DNA of 64,000 bases from Minisyncoccota bacterium (GCA_022763365.1 JALEGN010000013.1:44118-108117), one strand, 5' to 3'; shown: positions 21,272 to 31,541, counted from the stretch's first letter. Notes: generated by a model from the letters alone, not told the origin. A program made the numbers and translations.

Positions 21272-21937
21272 TTAATGATGTTTCCTCCACTCGTCAATTA
21301 ATTTATGGTTACCCGATTGCAGCACTTCAGGAACCTGATATTTTTTTCCTTTATATTTCAATTCAGCTGGTCTGGTATACATTTCATGTGATGAAATACG
21401 ATCTTCTTCAAGCGATTGTTTGTTTCCCAGTACCCCATCAACTTGTCGAGATATTGAGTCAATCATAACCATAGCTGCTAACTCCCCACCTGTTAACACA
21501 TAATCTCCAATCGAAACAAGGTCAGCACCGGTAATTTCGGCTACACGTGCATCAATCCCTTCATAGCGTCCGCAAATGAAAATAATATCGGTATGTTCTT
21601 TGGCAGAAGCTTTTGCATACTCTGTCGTAAATTTTTCACCGCCGGGTGAGAGGATAATGGTTTTAAATTTCCTTTTTTTAGTAAGCGGTAATTTTTCGAT
21701 AAGCGTTTTTTTGGTGATGTCTGCCCACAAATCAATAATTGGCTCTGCCATCATAACCATCCCTGGACCGCCACCATAAGGAATATCATCAACTTTTTTA
21801 TGTTTATTTTTGGTGACATCTCGAGGATTATAAAACTGCACACTAATAGAACCCTTATCAAGAGCTTTTTTCATTATTGAGTCATTAAGGTATGAATCAA
21901 AAAGATTTGGGAAAATAGTTATCACATGAAAGTTCAT
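21272..21937 (-). CDS. trmD: tRNA (guanine37-N1)-methyltransferase
   Basis: VDDIPYGGGPGMVM, CGRYEGID, SIGDYVLTGGE. Confidence 0.97.
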   Translation of the reverse strand: MNFHVITIFPNLFDSYLNDSIMKKALDKGSISVQFYNPRDVTKNKHKKVDDIPYGGGPGMVMMAEPIIDLWADITKKTLIEKLPLTKKRKFKTIILSPGGEKFTTEYAKASAKEHTDIIFICGRYEGIDARVAEITGADLVSIGDYVLTGGELAAMVMIDSISRQVDGVLGNKQSLEEDRISSHEMYTRPAELKYKGKKYQVPEVLQSGNHKLIDEWRKHH

Positions 21938-21996
21938 ATAGTAATTGTAAAAACAATACAATAATGACGCAAGAAATGCTAATATAAAAAGAAATT

Positions 21997-22203
21997 ATGA
22001 GTCAAAAAAATCAGACACTTGCCTCGTTACAATTTAAACTAGAAATCTTGAACCTTAATTATTGGGAGCACTTTAAATTTGCACAAGACCTAGTGCGAAG
22101 TCTTGGACCAACGCACCCACAGTATATTAATATGCAAAATAATGTTAATGATATGCTCGAAGAAATTAATAAGATTCAAAAAGAAATTAAACAGCACTCA
22201 TAA
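21997..22203 (+). CDS. Small hypothetical helical protein
   Basis: 68-aa ORF between trmD and rnpB, followed by a short palindrome. Confidence 0.5.
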   Translation: MSQKNQTLASLQFKLEILNLNYWEHFKFAQDLVRSLGPTHPQYINMQNNVNDMLEEINKIQKEIKQHS

Positions 22204-22248
22204 TGAGTGTTTTCTTGTTTAATAATTTATTTTATCTAGACTAGAATT

Positions 22249-22571
22249 ATTCATGTCAGGTAATCGCGCAACTCTGATTCGTCGGAGAGTGAGGAAAGTC
22301 CGGACATGTTTTTCCTTCGGGATCAAAAATGGTAGCAGGTAATTCCTGTCCGTAGTAATACGCGAGGTGCGAGCAGAGACGCCTAATTCGAAAGATGATG
22401 GCTACCCCAGTGGTAGAGCCAGTATGGCAACATATTGGGTGAAACGGCTAAATCCTTACCCACATGCAAAGTCGAGTTTGCCTTGAGCATTCGTGCCGCA
22501 AAGAAATTATTGGCGACAATAATTCAAGATAAATGATTACCCTAGACAGAATCCGGCTTATCGACATGAAT
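22249..22571 (+). ncRNA. rnpB: RNase P RNA (compact bacterial type)
   Basis: GAGGAAAGTCCGG and ACAGAATCCGGCTTAT conserved P4 strands; P1 ATTCATGTC/GACATGAAT; GGGTGAAACGG segment. Confidence 0.95.
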
Positions 22572-22575
22572 ATAT

Positions 22576-22606
22576 AAAAAATCACAGCTATCAGCTGTGA
22601 TTTTTT
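22576..22606. terminator. Bidirectional terminator between rnpB and the DUF192 gene
   Basis: AAAAAATCACAGCT-atc-AGCTGTGATTTTTT. Confidence 0.85.
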
Positions 22607-22613
22607 ACGTGGA

Positions 22614-23108
22614 TTATCTAGTTTCCCAAGACACTGATTGTCCTATTTCAAGATTATACTGCTGACTAAATCCTGCGACTGTTTCTAGAACATATCGTGC
22701 CTTATCATCTGGATAATAACTCTCTGGGAAATCTTCTGGGCGGGCATTTTCTTTAATTGAAATAATCTGCCTATTACTATCAAGCCAAATAATATCGATA
22801 GGAAATTTCATATCACGCATCCAAAATGAATAGAGTCCTTCGGCCTCAAAAACAAAGAGCATTGCTTGATTTGATTCCAATGTTTCATATCGTGATAAAC
22901 CAACAGAACGATCATTCGTTGTTTCAGCAATATCAATGATGAGTTCTTGCCCACCAATTATCAGCTGTCCATCATTTTCAAAACCTTGTTTCTCAGCGTT
23001 ATTGTGAACCATCACCCCAACAAAAATAGCAAGAGCAATAATAATAAGAGTACCTAAAGGTTTGACAATTCTATGATGAGCCTGAATTCTTTTTAAAATA
23101 AGGTCCAT
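22614..23108 (-). CDS. DUF192 domain membrane-anchored protein
   Basis: GLS..MLFVF, FWMRDMKFPIDIIWLD, YVLETVAG. Confidence 0.9.
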   Translation of the reverse strand: MDLILKRIQAHHRIVKPLGTLIIIALAIFVGVMVHNNAEKQGFENDGQLIIGGQELIIDIAETTNDRSVGLSRYETLESNQAMLFVFEAEGLYSFWMRDMKFPIDIIWLDSNRQIISIKENARPEDFPESYYPDDKARYVLETVAGFSQQYNLEIGQSVSWETR

Positions 23109-23124
23109 ATGCTAGAATTGTATC

Positions 23125-23712
23125 ATGAATTCAGAACAAAAAACCAGAAAAAGCTTTAAGCAAGAAGCTTTAGAGCTGCTCCGGTTTACTCTTATTGTCC
23201 TTGCTATTGTTATACCAATTCGTGTGTTCATTGCACAACCTTTTATCGTTAATGGTGAATCTATGATTCCAACTCTTGATAACGGTGATTACCTTATTAT
23301 TGATCAAATAACTTACAAACAACGAACCCCAGAACGTGGTGAAGTTGTTGTTTTCAGATTCCCAAGTAACCAAAGGCGCTTCCTCATCAAACGAATCATT
23401 GGTCTTCCTGGAGAAACCGTAGGTATCAACGGTTCACGTGTCACCATCACCGATGCTGACGGAAATGTTATTCAATTAGAAGAAGAATCGTATTTGAATC
23501 GAGAATTCTCAAGTTATGGGACATGGTCTCTCGGTAGTGATGAGTACTTTGTTATGGGAGATAATCGTCAAAAAAGTTCAGACTCTCGGTCGTGGGGAAT
23601 CTTGAAAGAAGACCTGATTGTTGGTAAAACATTCTTGCGTCTCTTCCCTCTTGGTAATTTTGATTATCAACCTGCAGAAATCGAAGCGTCACAAATTGAA
23701 TTAGCACTTTAA
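23125..23712 (+). CDS. lepB: Signal peptidase I
   Basis: GESMIPTL (Ser), LIKRIIGLPGE (Lys), MGDNRQKSSDSR. Confidence 0.96.
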   Translation: MNSEQKTRKSFKQEALELLRFTLIVLAIVIPIRVFIAQPFIVNGESMIPTLDNGDYLIIDQITYKQRTPERGEVVVFRFPSNQRRFLIKRIIGLPGETVGINGSRVTITDADGNVIQLEEESYLNREFSSYGTWSLGSDEYFVMGDNRQKSSDSRSWGILKEDLIVGKTFLRLFPLGNFDYQPAEIEASQIELAL

Positions 23713-23735
23713 TAATTAATCTAAACATTAATCAT

Positions 23736-25031
23736 ATGAGTCCAAAAAAAAGTAAGTCACAAAAAAATATTCTCCAAGCGCCAAAAGGGATGCGAGATTT
23801 ATTAGATGATCCTTTTTACATGAAACAAGGATTCTATGAGAAAGCTCAAGAGATTGCTGAATACTATGGTTTTTCAGGGATTGAATTACCTATTCTAGAA
23901 CATGAGGAAATCTTTACCAAAGGAGTTGGTGATGGGACCGATATCGTTGATAAAGAAATGTACAGTCTGAAAACTAAAGGTGGTGACCATTTAGTCATGC
24001 GACCTGAAGGTACAGCAGCGGCTATGCGTGCCTATATTGAACATGGAATGGGAGCGTTACCTCAACCGGTATTTATATACTATGACGGTCCTTTTTTCAG
24101 ACATGAACGACCTCAAAAAGGACGATACCGACAATTCTATCAATTTGGACTTGAAATTATAGGCTCTCCTAAAGCGGTCCTTGATGCTATTACTATCCAA
24201 ACAGGATATCAAATTCTCAAAGAATCAGGTAAAGATATTAGTGTAAAAATAAATACTTTAGGTGATACTGAGGTTCGAAAGGAATACCTAAGAGAATTGA
24301 AATCATTCTACAAAAAACATAAAAATAGTATTTCTCAAAAAGATCTCAAGCGTCTTGAAACAAATCCCCTACGTGTTCTTGACTCAAAAGAGGCTGACAC
24401 TATTGCTGTGAACGAAGATGCACCAACCTTAATTGAGACGCTGAATAAAGAAAGTAAAAAACATTTTAAGCAGGTACTTGAATATCTTGATGCGGCACAT
24501 ATTCCCTATGAAATAGATAATACTTTAGTGCGAGGACTCGATTACTACGCACACACCGTTTTTGAATATGTTACCTACAGCGAAGACGGAGAAACCTCAT
24601 TAGCTCTTGGTGGTGGTGGGCGTTATGATGGTCTTGCCAAGGTTATGGGACACACCAAGGATGTTCCGGCAGTTGGATTAGCTCTTGGTGTTGATCGTAT
24701 TATCGAAATAGCTAAAGAAGGATCATTTAATCCAAAAATTAGAAAGAAACCAAAATTCTTTTTCATTCAAATTGGTTATGAAGCGAAGGCTAAAGCTTTT
24801 GATATTATCGAGATTATGCGCAAAAAACGCTATCCACTAAAACACTCGCTTTCAAAAAATAACCTTGGAAAACAATTAGCAAAGGCTGAAGAATCAGGGA
24901 TTCCCTACGCTCTTATTTTTGGTAAAAAAGAGGCTATTGATGGAACGGTAATTGTACGTGATATGCGAACCCGGAAACAAAAAACGGTAGATATTCCTAA
25001 ACTTGCTGATTATATTAAAACACTCAAATAG
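23736..25031 (+). CDS. hisS: Histidine--tRNA ligase
   Basis: RPEGTA, FRHERPQKGRYRQF, LVRGLDYY, GGGRYDGL. Confidence 0.98.
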   Translation: MSPKKSKSQKNILQAPKGMRDLLDDPFYMKQGFYEKAQEIAEYYGFSGIELPILEHEEIFTKGVGDGTDIVDKEMYSLKTKGGDHLVMRPEGTAAAMRAYIEHGMGALPQPVFIYYDGPFFRHERPQKGRYRQFYQFGLEIIGSPKAVLDAITIQTGYQILKESGKDISVKINTLGDTEVRKEYLRELKSFYKKHKNSISQKDLKRLETNPLRVLDSKEADTIAVNEDAPTLIETLNKESKKHFKQVLEYLDAAHIPYEIDNTLVRGLDYYAHTVFEYVTYSEDGETSLALGGGGRYDGLAKVMGHTKDVPAVGLALGVDRIIEIAKEGSFNPKIRKKPKFFFIQIGYEAKAKAFDIIEIMRKKRYPLKHSLSKNNLGKQLAKAEESGIPYALIFGKKEAIDGTVIVRDMRTRKQKTVDIPKLADYIKTLK

Positions 25032-25067
25032 CGTTGCATTGAGTGTTTTTTCTTTTACACTAGAGTT

Positions 25068-25586
25068 ATGAAGCGAGAAATCGTACAAATGGGTAAAAAG
25101 GTACTGAGAAAAGAAGCCCAATACATTGAACCATCTGAAATTACGTCAGATACCATTCAAAATATTATCACTGATATGCATGAATCCTTGGCAACGCAAA
25201 ATGATGGTGTGGCTATTGCTGCTCCACAAATTGGTGAATCATATCAAATTTTTACCGTTGCTCCTTTTTTGTTTGATGAACCAGAGAAAGAACATTTGGT
25301 TTATATTAATCCAGTTATCAAAGAGCGCTCTAAAAAAGAAAAATGGATGCATGAAGGTTGCCTTTCCTGCAGATGGAAAGTTGGCGAGGTTGAGCGTTCT
25401 CTTGAAACTGTTGTTGAAGCCTATGATGAACATGGTCAAAAATTTACGGTTCATGCCACAGGTCTTCTCGCCCATATTCATCAGCATGAAATAGATCACC
25501 TCTATGGAACACTGTTCATTGACAAGGCACGTAAACTGCGTGACATGACACAAAAAGAAATTGATGAGGTCCTAGAGGGAAAATAG
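25068..25586 (+). CDS. def: Peptide deformylase
   Basis: GVAIAAPQIG, EGCLS, QHEIDHLYG. Confidence 0.96.
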   Translation: MKREIVQMGKKVLRKEAQYIEPSEITSDTIQNIITDMHESLATQNDGVAIAAPQIGESYQIFTVAPFLFDEPEKEHLVYINPVIKERSKKEKWMHEGCLSCRWKVGEVERSLETVVEAYDEHGQKFTVHATGLLAHIHQHEIDHLYGTLFIDKARKLRDMTQKEIDEVLEGK

Positions 25587-25625
25587 CATAATGCTATTTT
25601 TTTTATTTTATTTATACTTTAAATT

Positions 25626-26456
25626 ATGAATAAACTACGTTTTGTCTTTTTTGGAACACCTGAATTTTCAACTATCATTTTAGATGAATTAAAATCAGCC
25701 GGGTATCTACCATCACTGATTATTACGGCTCCCGACCGACCTGTTGGACGAAAATATATTATGACGCCACCACCCGTAAAAGTATGGGCAGATGAACATA
25801 CTATTGAATGCTGGCAACCAGAGCATCCACGCGATATTGTAGAAGAACTACAGAAGCGGAATGATGACCTTTATATCGTTGCTTCATACGGATACATCGT
25901 AAATCAAAAATTACTAAATATTCCAAAAAACGGCGTTCTCAATGTACATACTTCCCTACTACCAAAGTATCGAGGAGCATCACCTATTGAATCTGCTATT
26001 TTAAATGGTGATACCGAAACTGGTTCAACAATTATGCAAATGACCTTAGGTATGGATGAAGGACCTATTATTACCCAATCAAGGTTTCCTTTGGAATCTG
26101 ATATTTTGAAGCCTGATTTATTTCATATGTTGGCACATGATGGCGGGAAATTGCTTGCTGGAATTCTACCAGAATATATTGCTGGTACATGTACACCAAT
26201 TGAACAAAACCATGAAGAAGCTAGTTATTGCGGAAAAATTGCTAAATCTGATGGTGACATAACCGATGATGATGATATAACACGTGATCGTAAATACAGA
26301 GCCTATTATGGTTGGCCAGGCGTGTTTATGTTTGACGGTGATACACGCCTGAAAATCACTGATGCGTCATTTAATGGAACCACCTTTACCGTTCATAAAA
26401 TTATTCCTGCTGGAAAGAAAGAAATGAATTATTCAGATTACCTTAAAAATAAATAA
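25626..26456 (+). CDS. fmt: Methionyl-tRNA formyltransferase
   Basis: FFGTPEF, NVHTSLLPKYRGASP, MDEGP; follows def. Confidence 0.96.
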   Translation: MNKLRFVFFGTPEFSTIILDELKSAGYLPSLIITAPDRPVGRKYIMTPPPVKVWADEHTIECWQPEHPRDIVEELQKRNDDLYIVASYGYIVNQKLLNIPKNGVLNVHTSLLPKYRGASPIESAILNGDTETGSTIMQMTLGMDEGPIITQSRFPLESDILKPDLFHMLAHDGGKLLAGILPEYIAGTCTPIEQNHEEASYCGKIAKSDGDITDDDDITRDRKYRAYYGWPGVFMFDGDTRLKITDASFNGTTFTVHKIIPAGKKEMNYSDYLKNK

Positions 26457-26457
26457 T

Positions 26458-27606
26458 ATGATTCAATCTTTTATATTTCATGGATTTAAAATGAGTGAAT
26501 TAAGGCGTTTTAATATCTCAGTCTTTATTAAGATAATTGGACGATCTCTTATAGGTATTTTTATTCCAATATTTCTCTATAAAAATGGATTTAGTATTTT
26601 TGAAATTCTACTATTTTACGGACTAATATCTATTGCCTTTGTAGCATTAGGTGGAATAGGAACTCGATTAATATCGAAAATTGGTGCGAAACATGCAATC
26701 CTTTTATCGGCTTTTTTTGAGATTACTTTTTTCCTGCTTATGCCTTTTGTAGTATCACATTATTGGCTGTTACTTATACTTCCAATTATCTTTGCTATAG
26801 AAATGATTCTTTTTAATATAAGCTATCATCTTATTTTTACTCTTGATTCACACACCAAAAATAGAGGTAGAGAAATTGCGAATGTTGGTATGTTGGTTGT
26901 TTTAGCAGGAATTGTTTCTCCATTCATTGGAGGTATTATTGCAGACCTTAATTTCACCCTTCTCTTTTTAATTAGTGCTGGATTTATACTTTTGAGTTCA
27001 CTGCCATTACTCTTCACGAAAGATCTGTATCAGAATTTAGACTTCAAAATAAAGGATGTCTGGAAAAATATTTTCAAAAAATCAGAACGTGGTAATACCT
27101 TGAGCTTCGCTTCATACGGTGCTGAGCATATTATTAATGTAGTAATATGGCCAATTATTATCATTAGCATCGTAGGTAGCTTAGAAAAAACCGGACTAAT
27201 TGTTTCTGCATCAGCAGTTATTTCTTTAATAACTTATAAAATAATTGGGCACCTGAGCGACACCTTAGAAAACAAAAAACTTATCAAATTAGGAACCTAT
27301 CTTCATAGTGTGGCCTGGTTTACACGAATATTTGTACAAAACATGTATTCAATAATTGTGATTGATTCGTATAAAAATATTGCTCAAAAAATTCTTCATG
27401 TACCATGGACAAATCAAAGCTATACATTAGCAATGAAAAATAATTTTTATGAATTCATTGTGAGAAAAGAATATATTTTTCATCTTAGTCGTATTTTTTT
27501 ATATATCCTCTTGGGCTTAGTATTTTGGATTAACATTGCTCCTTTTACTATTACTCTTATCATTGCAGGTATTACAAGTCTTGGGTATAAATTTATTAAT
27601 TCTTAA
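26458..27606 (+). CDS. MFS transporter
   Basis: About 12 hydrophobic segments with MFS-like loops. Confidence 0.8.
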   Translation: MIQSFIFHGFKMSELRRFNISVFIKIIGRSLIGIFIPIFLYKNGFSIFEILLFYGLISIAFVALGGIGTRLISKIGAKHAILLSAFFEITFFLLMPFVVSHYWLLLILPIIFAIEMILFNISYHLIFTLDSHTKNRGREIANVGMLVVLAGIVSPFIGGIIADLNFTLLFLISAGFILLSSLPLLFTKDLYQNLDFKIKDVWKNIFKKSERGNTLSFASYGAEHIINVVIWPIIIISIVGSLEKTGLIVSASAVISLITYKIIGHLSDTLENKKLIKLGTYLHSVAWFTRIFVQNMYSIIVIDSYKNIAQKILHVPWTNQSYTLAMKNNFYEFIVRKEYIFHLSRIFLYILLGLVFWINIAPFTITLIIAGITSLGYKFINS

Positions 27607-27610
27607 TTAT

Positions 27611-28159
27611 ATGATGTCATTATTTATTTGGTCACAAATTTTAGCTGGTATTGGTATGGGTATATCAATCACTGCTGCACAGATTAAAAACCCTGTTGTT
27701 ATGAGGGTAATGTTTTTTATCTCAGCATTATTTCGTGGAACTCATTTTATTTTCTTGGGAGTACCCCAAGCCGGAATCATTACCTTCGTCACGGGGAGTC
27801 GCTGGCTCAGTAGTGTCTTCACCCACAAGAAATGGGTTATGGTTTTCTTTATCATTATTACCTTTGTTGCTGGATGGTTTAACCATGCTGGAATTATCAG
27901 TGCCTTGCCAGTTATTGCAGGTGTCTTAGGAACCCTTGCTGCATTCAGTGATAATGATAGACGGATGAGAATTTATTTAATTATAGCCATGATTTTATGG
28001 GTTATTCATAATATTGTGGTCTTTACACCGGTTGGTATCCTCTCAAGTGTCTTTTTCCTGGTTTCAATGATGATTGGCTATGAACGATTTTATCATTATA
28101 ATCATATTCAATTTTTTCATGATCAACCGGTACACAATCAAAACACTGAGAAAAAATAG
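27611..28159 (+). CDS. YgjV-like inner membrane protein
   Basis: SQILAGIG, THFIFLG, LPVIAG, LWVIHN pattern. Confidence 0.75.
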   Translation: MMSLFIWSQILAGIGMGISITAAQIKNPVVMRVMFFISALFRGTHFIFLGVPQAGIITFVTGSRWLSSVFTHKKWVMVFFIIITFVAGWFNHAGIISALPVIAGVLGTLAAFSDNDRRMRIYLIIAMILWVIHNIVVFTPVGILSSVFFLVSMMIGYERFYHYNHIQFFHDQPVHNQNTEKK

Positions 28160-28196
28160 AACTCGGCGATGCGAGTTTTTTATATATACTAAAAAT

Positions 28197-28457
28197 ATGA
28201 ATACAAATATCATTATGTACGGAGCTGACTGGTGTCATGATTGCATGGCCGCAAAAGCAATTTTAGAAGAGAAAAAAATTTCATATGAATTAAGAGATAT
28301 TACGGACCCTATTCATAAAGATGAATATATTGAAAAGCTAACCGAATTAAATGATGGAAAAAGAATTATTCCAACCTTTGTAATTGGTGGTAATCATTAT
28401 CCAAACCCAAAGCCTTCGGAATTACATAACCTTCTAGAAAAAATAAAAAACGCTTAA
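28197..28457 (+). CDS. Glutaredoxin/NrdH-mycoredoxin-like protein
   Basis: MYGADWCHDC, GKRIIPT, PNP; leaderless TATACT promoter. Confidence 0.88.
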   Translation: MNTNIIMYGADWCHDCMAAKAILEEKKISYELRDITDPIHKDEYIEKLTELNDGKRIIPTFVIGGNHYPNPKPSELHNLLEKIKNA

Positions 28458-28464
28458 GCGTTTT

Positions 28465-29193
28465 TTATTTTACAATCGTAATTGATTCAATAACCATTGG
28501 TTCTACGGGAATATTCCGTGGTGCTGGAGCTTCTACGTTTTCAATAGTTTCTACTACATCCATGCCAGAAACAACTTTTCCGAAAACAGTATGTTTATCA
28601 TCAAGGAAGCTATTGTCAGCCGTATTAATAAAGAATTGTGAACCATTGGTATTTGGTCCAGCATTTGCCATTGAAATAGTTCCTGAAACGTTATTGTTTT
28701 CAGCGTGGATTTCATCTTCGAATTGATATCCTGGCCCACCGGTTCCCCATCGATCCATGAGATCATCATCTTTGGTTTGAGGATCACCACCTTGGATCAT
28801 AAAATCTTTAATAACGCGGTGGAATTTTACGCCGTCATAAAAATTTGATTCTGATAAACTCACAAAATTCTCAACGGTCTTTGGTGCGAGTTCATCGAAT
28901 AATTCCAATTCAATGACTCCTTGGTTGGTTGTAATAATTGCTTTCATAATATCTTCGTTATTTGCGAGGAGTTCTGCTTCTTCTTCTGAGAAACCAGATT
29001 CCTCTAAATTATTTTCTAATACTTCAGGAAATATTTCTGATGATTCAGAGTCAATAATCTCCAATTGCTCAACTACAGTATCTTTCACTGGTGAGCTGTG
29101 TGTTGATTCAGTATGATTACTGATTACAACAAATGCTATCAGAGCTACTATCCCAATAATAAAAACAGCAACTGATGAAGTAATTTTTTTCAT
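28465..29193 (-). CDS. Membrane-anchored cyclophilin-type peptidyl-prolyl isomerase
   Basis: FHRVIKDFMIQGGD, SMANAGPNTNGSQFFI, HTVFGKV. Confidence 0.95.
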   Translation of the reverse strand: MKKITSSVAVFIIGIVALIAFVVISNHTESTHSSPVKDTVVEQLEIIDSESSEIFPEVLENNLEESGFSEEEAELLANNEDIMKAIITTNQGVIELELFDELAPKTVENFVSLSESNFYDGVKFHRVIKDFMIQGGDPQTKDDDLMDRWGTGGPGYQFEDEIHAENNNVSGTISMANAGPNTNGSQFFINTADNSFLDDKHTVFGKVVSGMDVVETIENVEAPAPRNIPVEPMVIESITIVK

Positions 29194-29196
29194 AAA

Positions 29197-29553
29197 TTAA
29201 TATTTGTTCTTTCTAAATAATCGTTTAATTTTTTGTCCTGCCTTACGTGCCAGGTTACGTGATTTACTGCGGTGAGAACGCACAACTCTGAACATATCAC
29301 CGTAGGCATGGTCAAATGCCGAGCGAATATTTTCTCGATATTCTTCAGTAAAATATTGATTATGTGGGTCATCAATTTTTATCGAAACGTAAAAAAGATC
29401 ATGCCCGTGATGACTTTGATGCGTTTGTTCTACATCAACATAAGCATTCGTATCATAACTAAAAAATTTATTGAGTCCAAATAATCTATTAGCCATCATT
29501 TGTTTACTTTCTGATGGAATATTAAGGTCCTTTGCACGAAAATATATATTCAT
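29197..29553 (-). CDS. hpf: HPF/RaiA family ribosome hibernation factor
   Basis: MNIYFRAKDL start, HHG..F, ENIRSAFD helix; typical size. Confidence 0.7.
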   Translation of the reverse strand: MNIYFRAKDLNIPSESKQMMANRLFGLNKFFSYDTNAYVDVEQTHQSHHGHDLFYVSIKIDDPHNQYFTEEYRENIRSAFDHAYGDMFRVVRSHRSKSRNLARKAGQKIKRLFRKNKY

Positions 29554-29556
29554 AGT

Positions 29557-30300
29557 CTACTTTTTCTTACCGAATAACATATTCATTATAGCACGTACAA
29601 AGCCTGGATAATGCCCCTTTGTTTCTGGGAAACGGTAGGCATCACTATCCCTGAAATCAGCAATTTTAACCCGATAAAGGTTTTGCAGGGTTGCCGGATA
29701 GCCAACCCTTCGTCCAAATTCCTCACCAAGAGTTCTGATATAGGTTCCTGAACTAACTTCAAGTCGAACCTTTACAACATGACCTGTTCCCTTGCGGTAA
29801 CTATCAAGCATCTGAATATGTAATATATTCATCTCTTTTTCAGGAATATAAGGAGGCTGTTTATTCTCTCGGGCATAGTCGTATAAAGGCTTTCCTTCAA
29901 CTTTGATAGCTGAATATAATGGCACTTGCAACATATGTGATCCTTTCATAGATAACACCTGATGTTCTATTTCATCACTACGTACTTCATTTTTATCTAC
30001 AAAGACTTGTTCGATAATTTCACCCTCAAGGTCACCCCCTACCGTCGAGGTTCCTATTAAAATTTCAGCAATATATGTTTTAGGGAGTTTTAAATAGTTA
30101 GTCAGTTTTTTCGTTCCACTATTGATTCCCAAAATCATAAGGCCTGATGCGAGAGGATCAAGAGTACCTGCATGCCCTATCTTTCGAGTACCTAAAATTG
30201 GACGTATTTTTCGAATAACATCAAATGATGAGATACCCTTTGGTTTATGTACCAGCAAGACATCAGGCTCTATGTAGTTTTTTGCTACTGGTTTTTTCAT
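29557..30300 (-). CDS. truB: tRNA pseudouridine(55) synthase
   Basis: HKPKGISS, GHAGTLDPLASG, SSGTYIRTL. Confidence 0.96.
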   Translation of the reverse strand: MKKPVAKNYIEPDVLLVHKPKGISSFDVIRKIRPILGTRKIGHAGTLDPLASGLMILGINSGTKKLTNYLKLPKTYIAEILIGTSTVGGDLEGEIIEQVFVDKNEVRSDEIEHQVLSMKGSHMLQVPLYSAIKVEGKPLYDYARENKQPPYIPEKEMNILHIQMLDSYRKGTGHVVKVRLEVSSGTYIRTLGEEFGRRVGYPATLQNLYRVKIADFRDSDAYRFPETKGHYPGFVRAIMNMLFGKKK

Positions 30301-30382
30301 ACCACCAGAATATCATAGGAAAAATATTTGACTAAATTATATATTGTGTTTTATAATTATTTTGAATCAAAAATATAATGTC

Positions 30383-30754
30383 ATGCTTTTAAAAATCAGT
30401 ACTGCTAAAAACCTTGTTAGAAAAACCTGGTCAGAAAGTGCCGGTAACAAAGTAACAAAACACCACTTCAATAGAGTCATTAAAAAGTTTTATCCAGGGA
30501 AATCTGGGTCTAAATTAAAAAATTTTTACAAAAACTTACTTCCTTACATTAAAAGAGATGTAGATTTAGAAGAAATAGAAAAAGAAGACTTTATTGAAAA
30601 TTCATTTGTTCAAGCTAATAATATTGATGCACAAATTATTTCTGAAGAAATGAGTATTTTAGGAAAAATGGTTGCTTTATGCGGCGGAGATGCGAAAGTA
30701 TTTGAAAACACCTATGGACAGTCATATGAAGACTACAGGTCAACAATCAAATAA
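30383..30754 (+). CDS. Hypothetical protein (ORFan)
   Basis: TTGACT..TATAAT promoter, 25-nt A/T leader, downstream terminator. Confidence 0.65.
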   Translation: MLLKISTAKNLVRKTWSESAGNKVTKHHFNRVIKKFYPGKSGSKLKNFYKNLLPYIKRDVDLEEIEKEDFIENSFVQANNIDAQIISEEMSILGKMVALCGGDAKVFENTYGQSYEDYRSTIK

Positions 30755-30783
30755 AAAAATCGAGACAACGTCTCGATTTTTTT
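30753..30783. terminator. Bidirectional terminator
   Basis: AAAAAAATCGAGAC-aac-GTCTCGATTTTTTT between convergent genes. Confidence 0.85.
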
Positions 30784-30785
30784 GA

Positions 30786-31406
30786 TTATTGAGCATCAAT
30801 AATGTCCATTTCGCGCATTACTAAGAATGCATAATCTGGACGCACATGTGGAGGATTATATGTTTCAAGAAGCTCTTTATGATCTTGTCCTTGGTAATAC
30901 CAATGATCGGTATTAGGATTATGACCTCCAAGATTCCATGAAATAACATCAATTGATTCTTTGTATGAATCAAAATCAATTTTACATGATCCCCAACCAA
31001 AGGCTGAATATTCGGCTGTTTTACAAGAAAACTTTCCACCTGTTGATTCAATAAATCCAATGGCTGCTACCAAACGCCAGTCAATATTATATTCCTCTGC
31101 GGCATCAACAAAATGTTGTGCTTCGTCTTGCAGCGGTAGATCGTGACGTCCGAAATAGCTTTCAATCTTTGCAATACGTTCAAGACGCAGTTTTTCTGCA
31201 TCTTCACGCGCTTTTCGCTCTAGGGCAGCTGTTTCATCAAAAATAAGGTTTTGAAATGACTGACTACCAAGAGGTGCTTCAGCCTCAAGAGCGAATACTT
31301 GAGCTGAAAAGGTAATATAGAGCGAATAAATAATAATAGATGTTTTGTACACGAATTGTAGCATTTTATTTCGTGCAACTTTTTTAGGTACAATAATTTT
31401 TGTCAT
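30786..31406 (-). CDS. Secreted/anchored lysozyme-fold cell-wall hydrolase (glucosaminidase/SLT-like)
   Basis: FVDAAEEYNIDWRLVAAIGFIESTGGK with catalytic ES, FGWG, YNP. Confidence 0.75.
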   Translation of the reverse strand: MTKIIVPKKVARNKMLQFVYKTSIIIYSLYITFSAQVFALEAEAPLGSQSFQNLIFDETAALERKAREDAEKLRLERIAKIESYFGRHDLPLQDEAQHFVDAAEEYNIDWRLVAAIGFIESTGGKFSCKTAEYSAFGWGSCKIDFDSYKESIDVISWNLGGHNPNTDHWYYQGQDHKELLETYNPPHVRPDYAFLVMREMDIIDAQ

Positions 31407-31470
31407 AGTGTGCGATATGTGCTTCGCGAAACGCCGTAACTAAAAAAGTCCTCAAACGAGAACCTTGATA

Positions 31471-31512
31471 AGGGTACAGTCTACCCTACTAATGGTCAAC
31501 GAGTTATCCACA
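31471..31512 (-). promoter_or_regulatory. Promoter TTGACC-17-TACCCT with adjacent perfect DnaA box (TTATCCACA, 31504-31512)
   Basis: Direct sequence match; box lies 4 bp upstream of the -35. Confidence 0.5.
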
Positions 31513-31541
31513 GGTTAACCATAAATTTTTATTTTGTCAAA

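Noticed and set aside
31500-31541. Replication origin at the DnaA box
   Set aside because: Only one box, short gap, no dnaA/dnaN nearby
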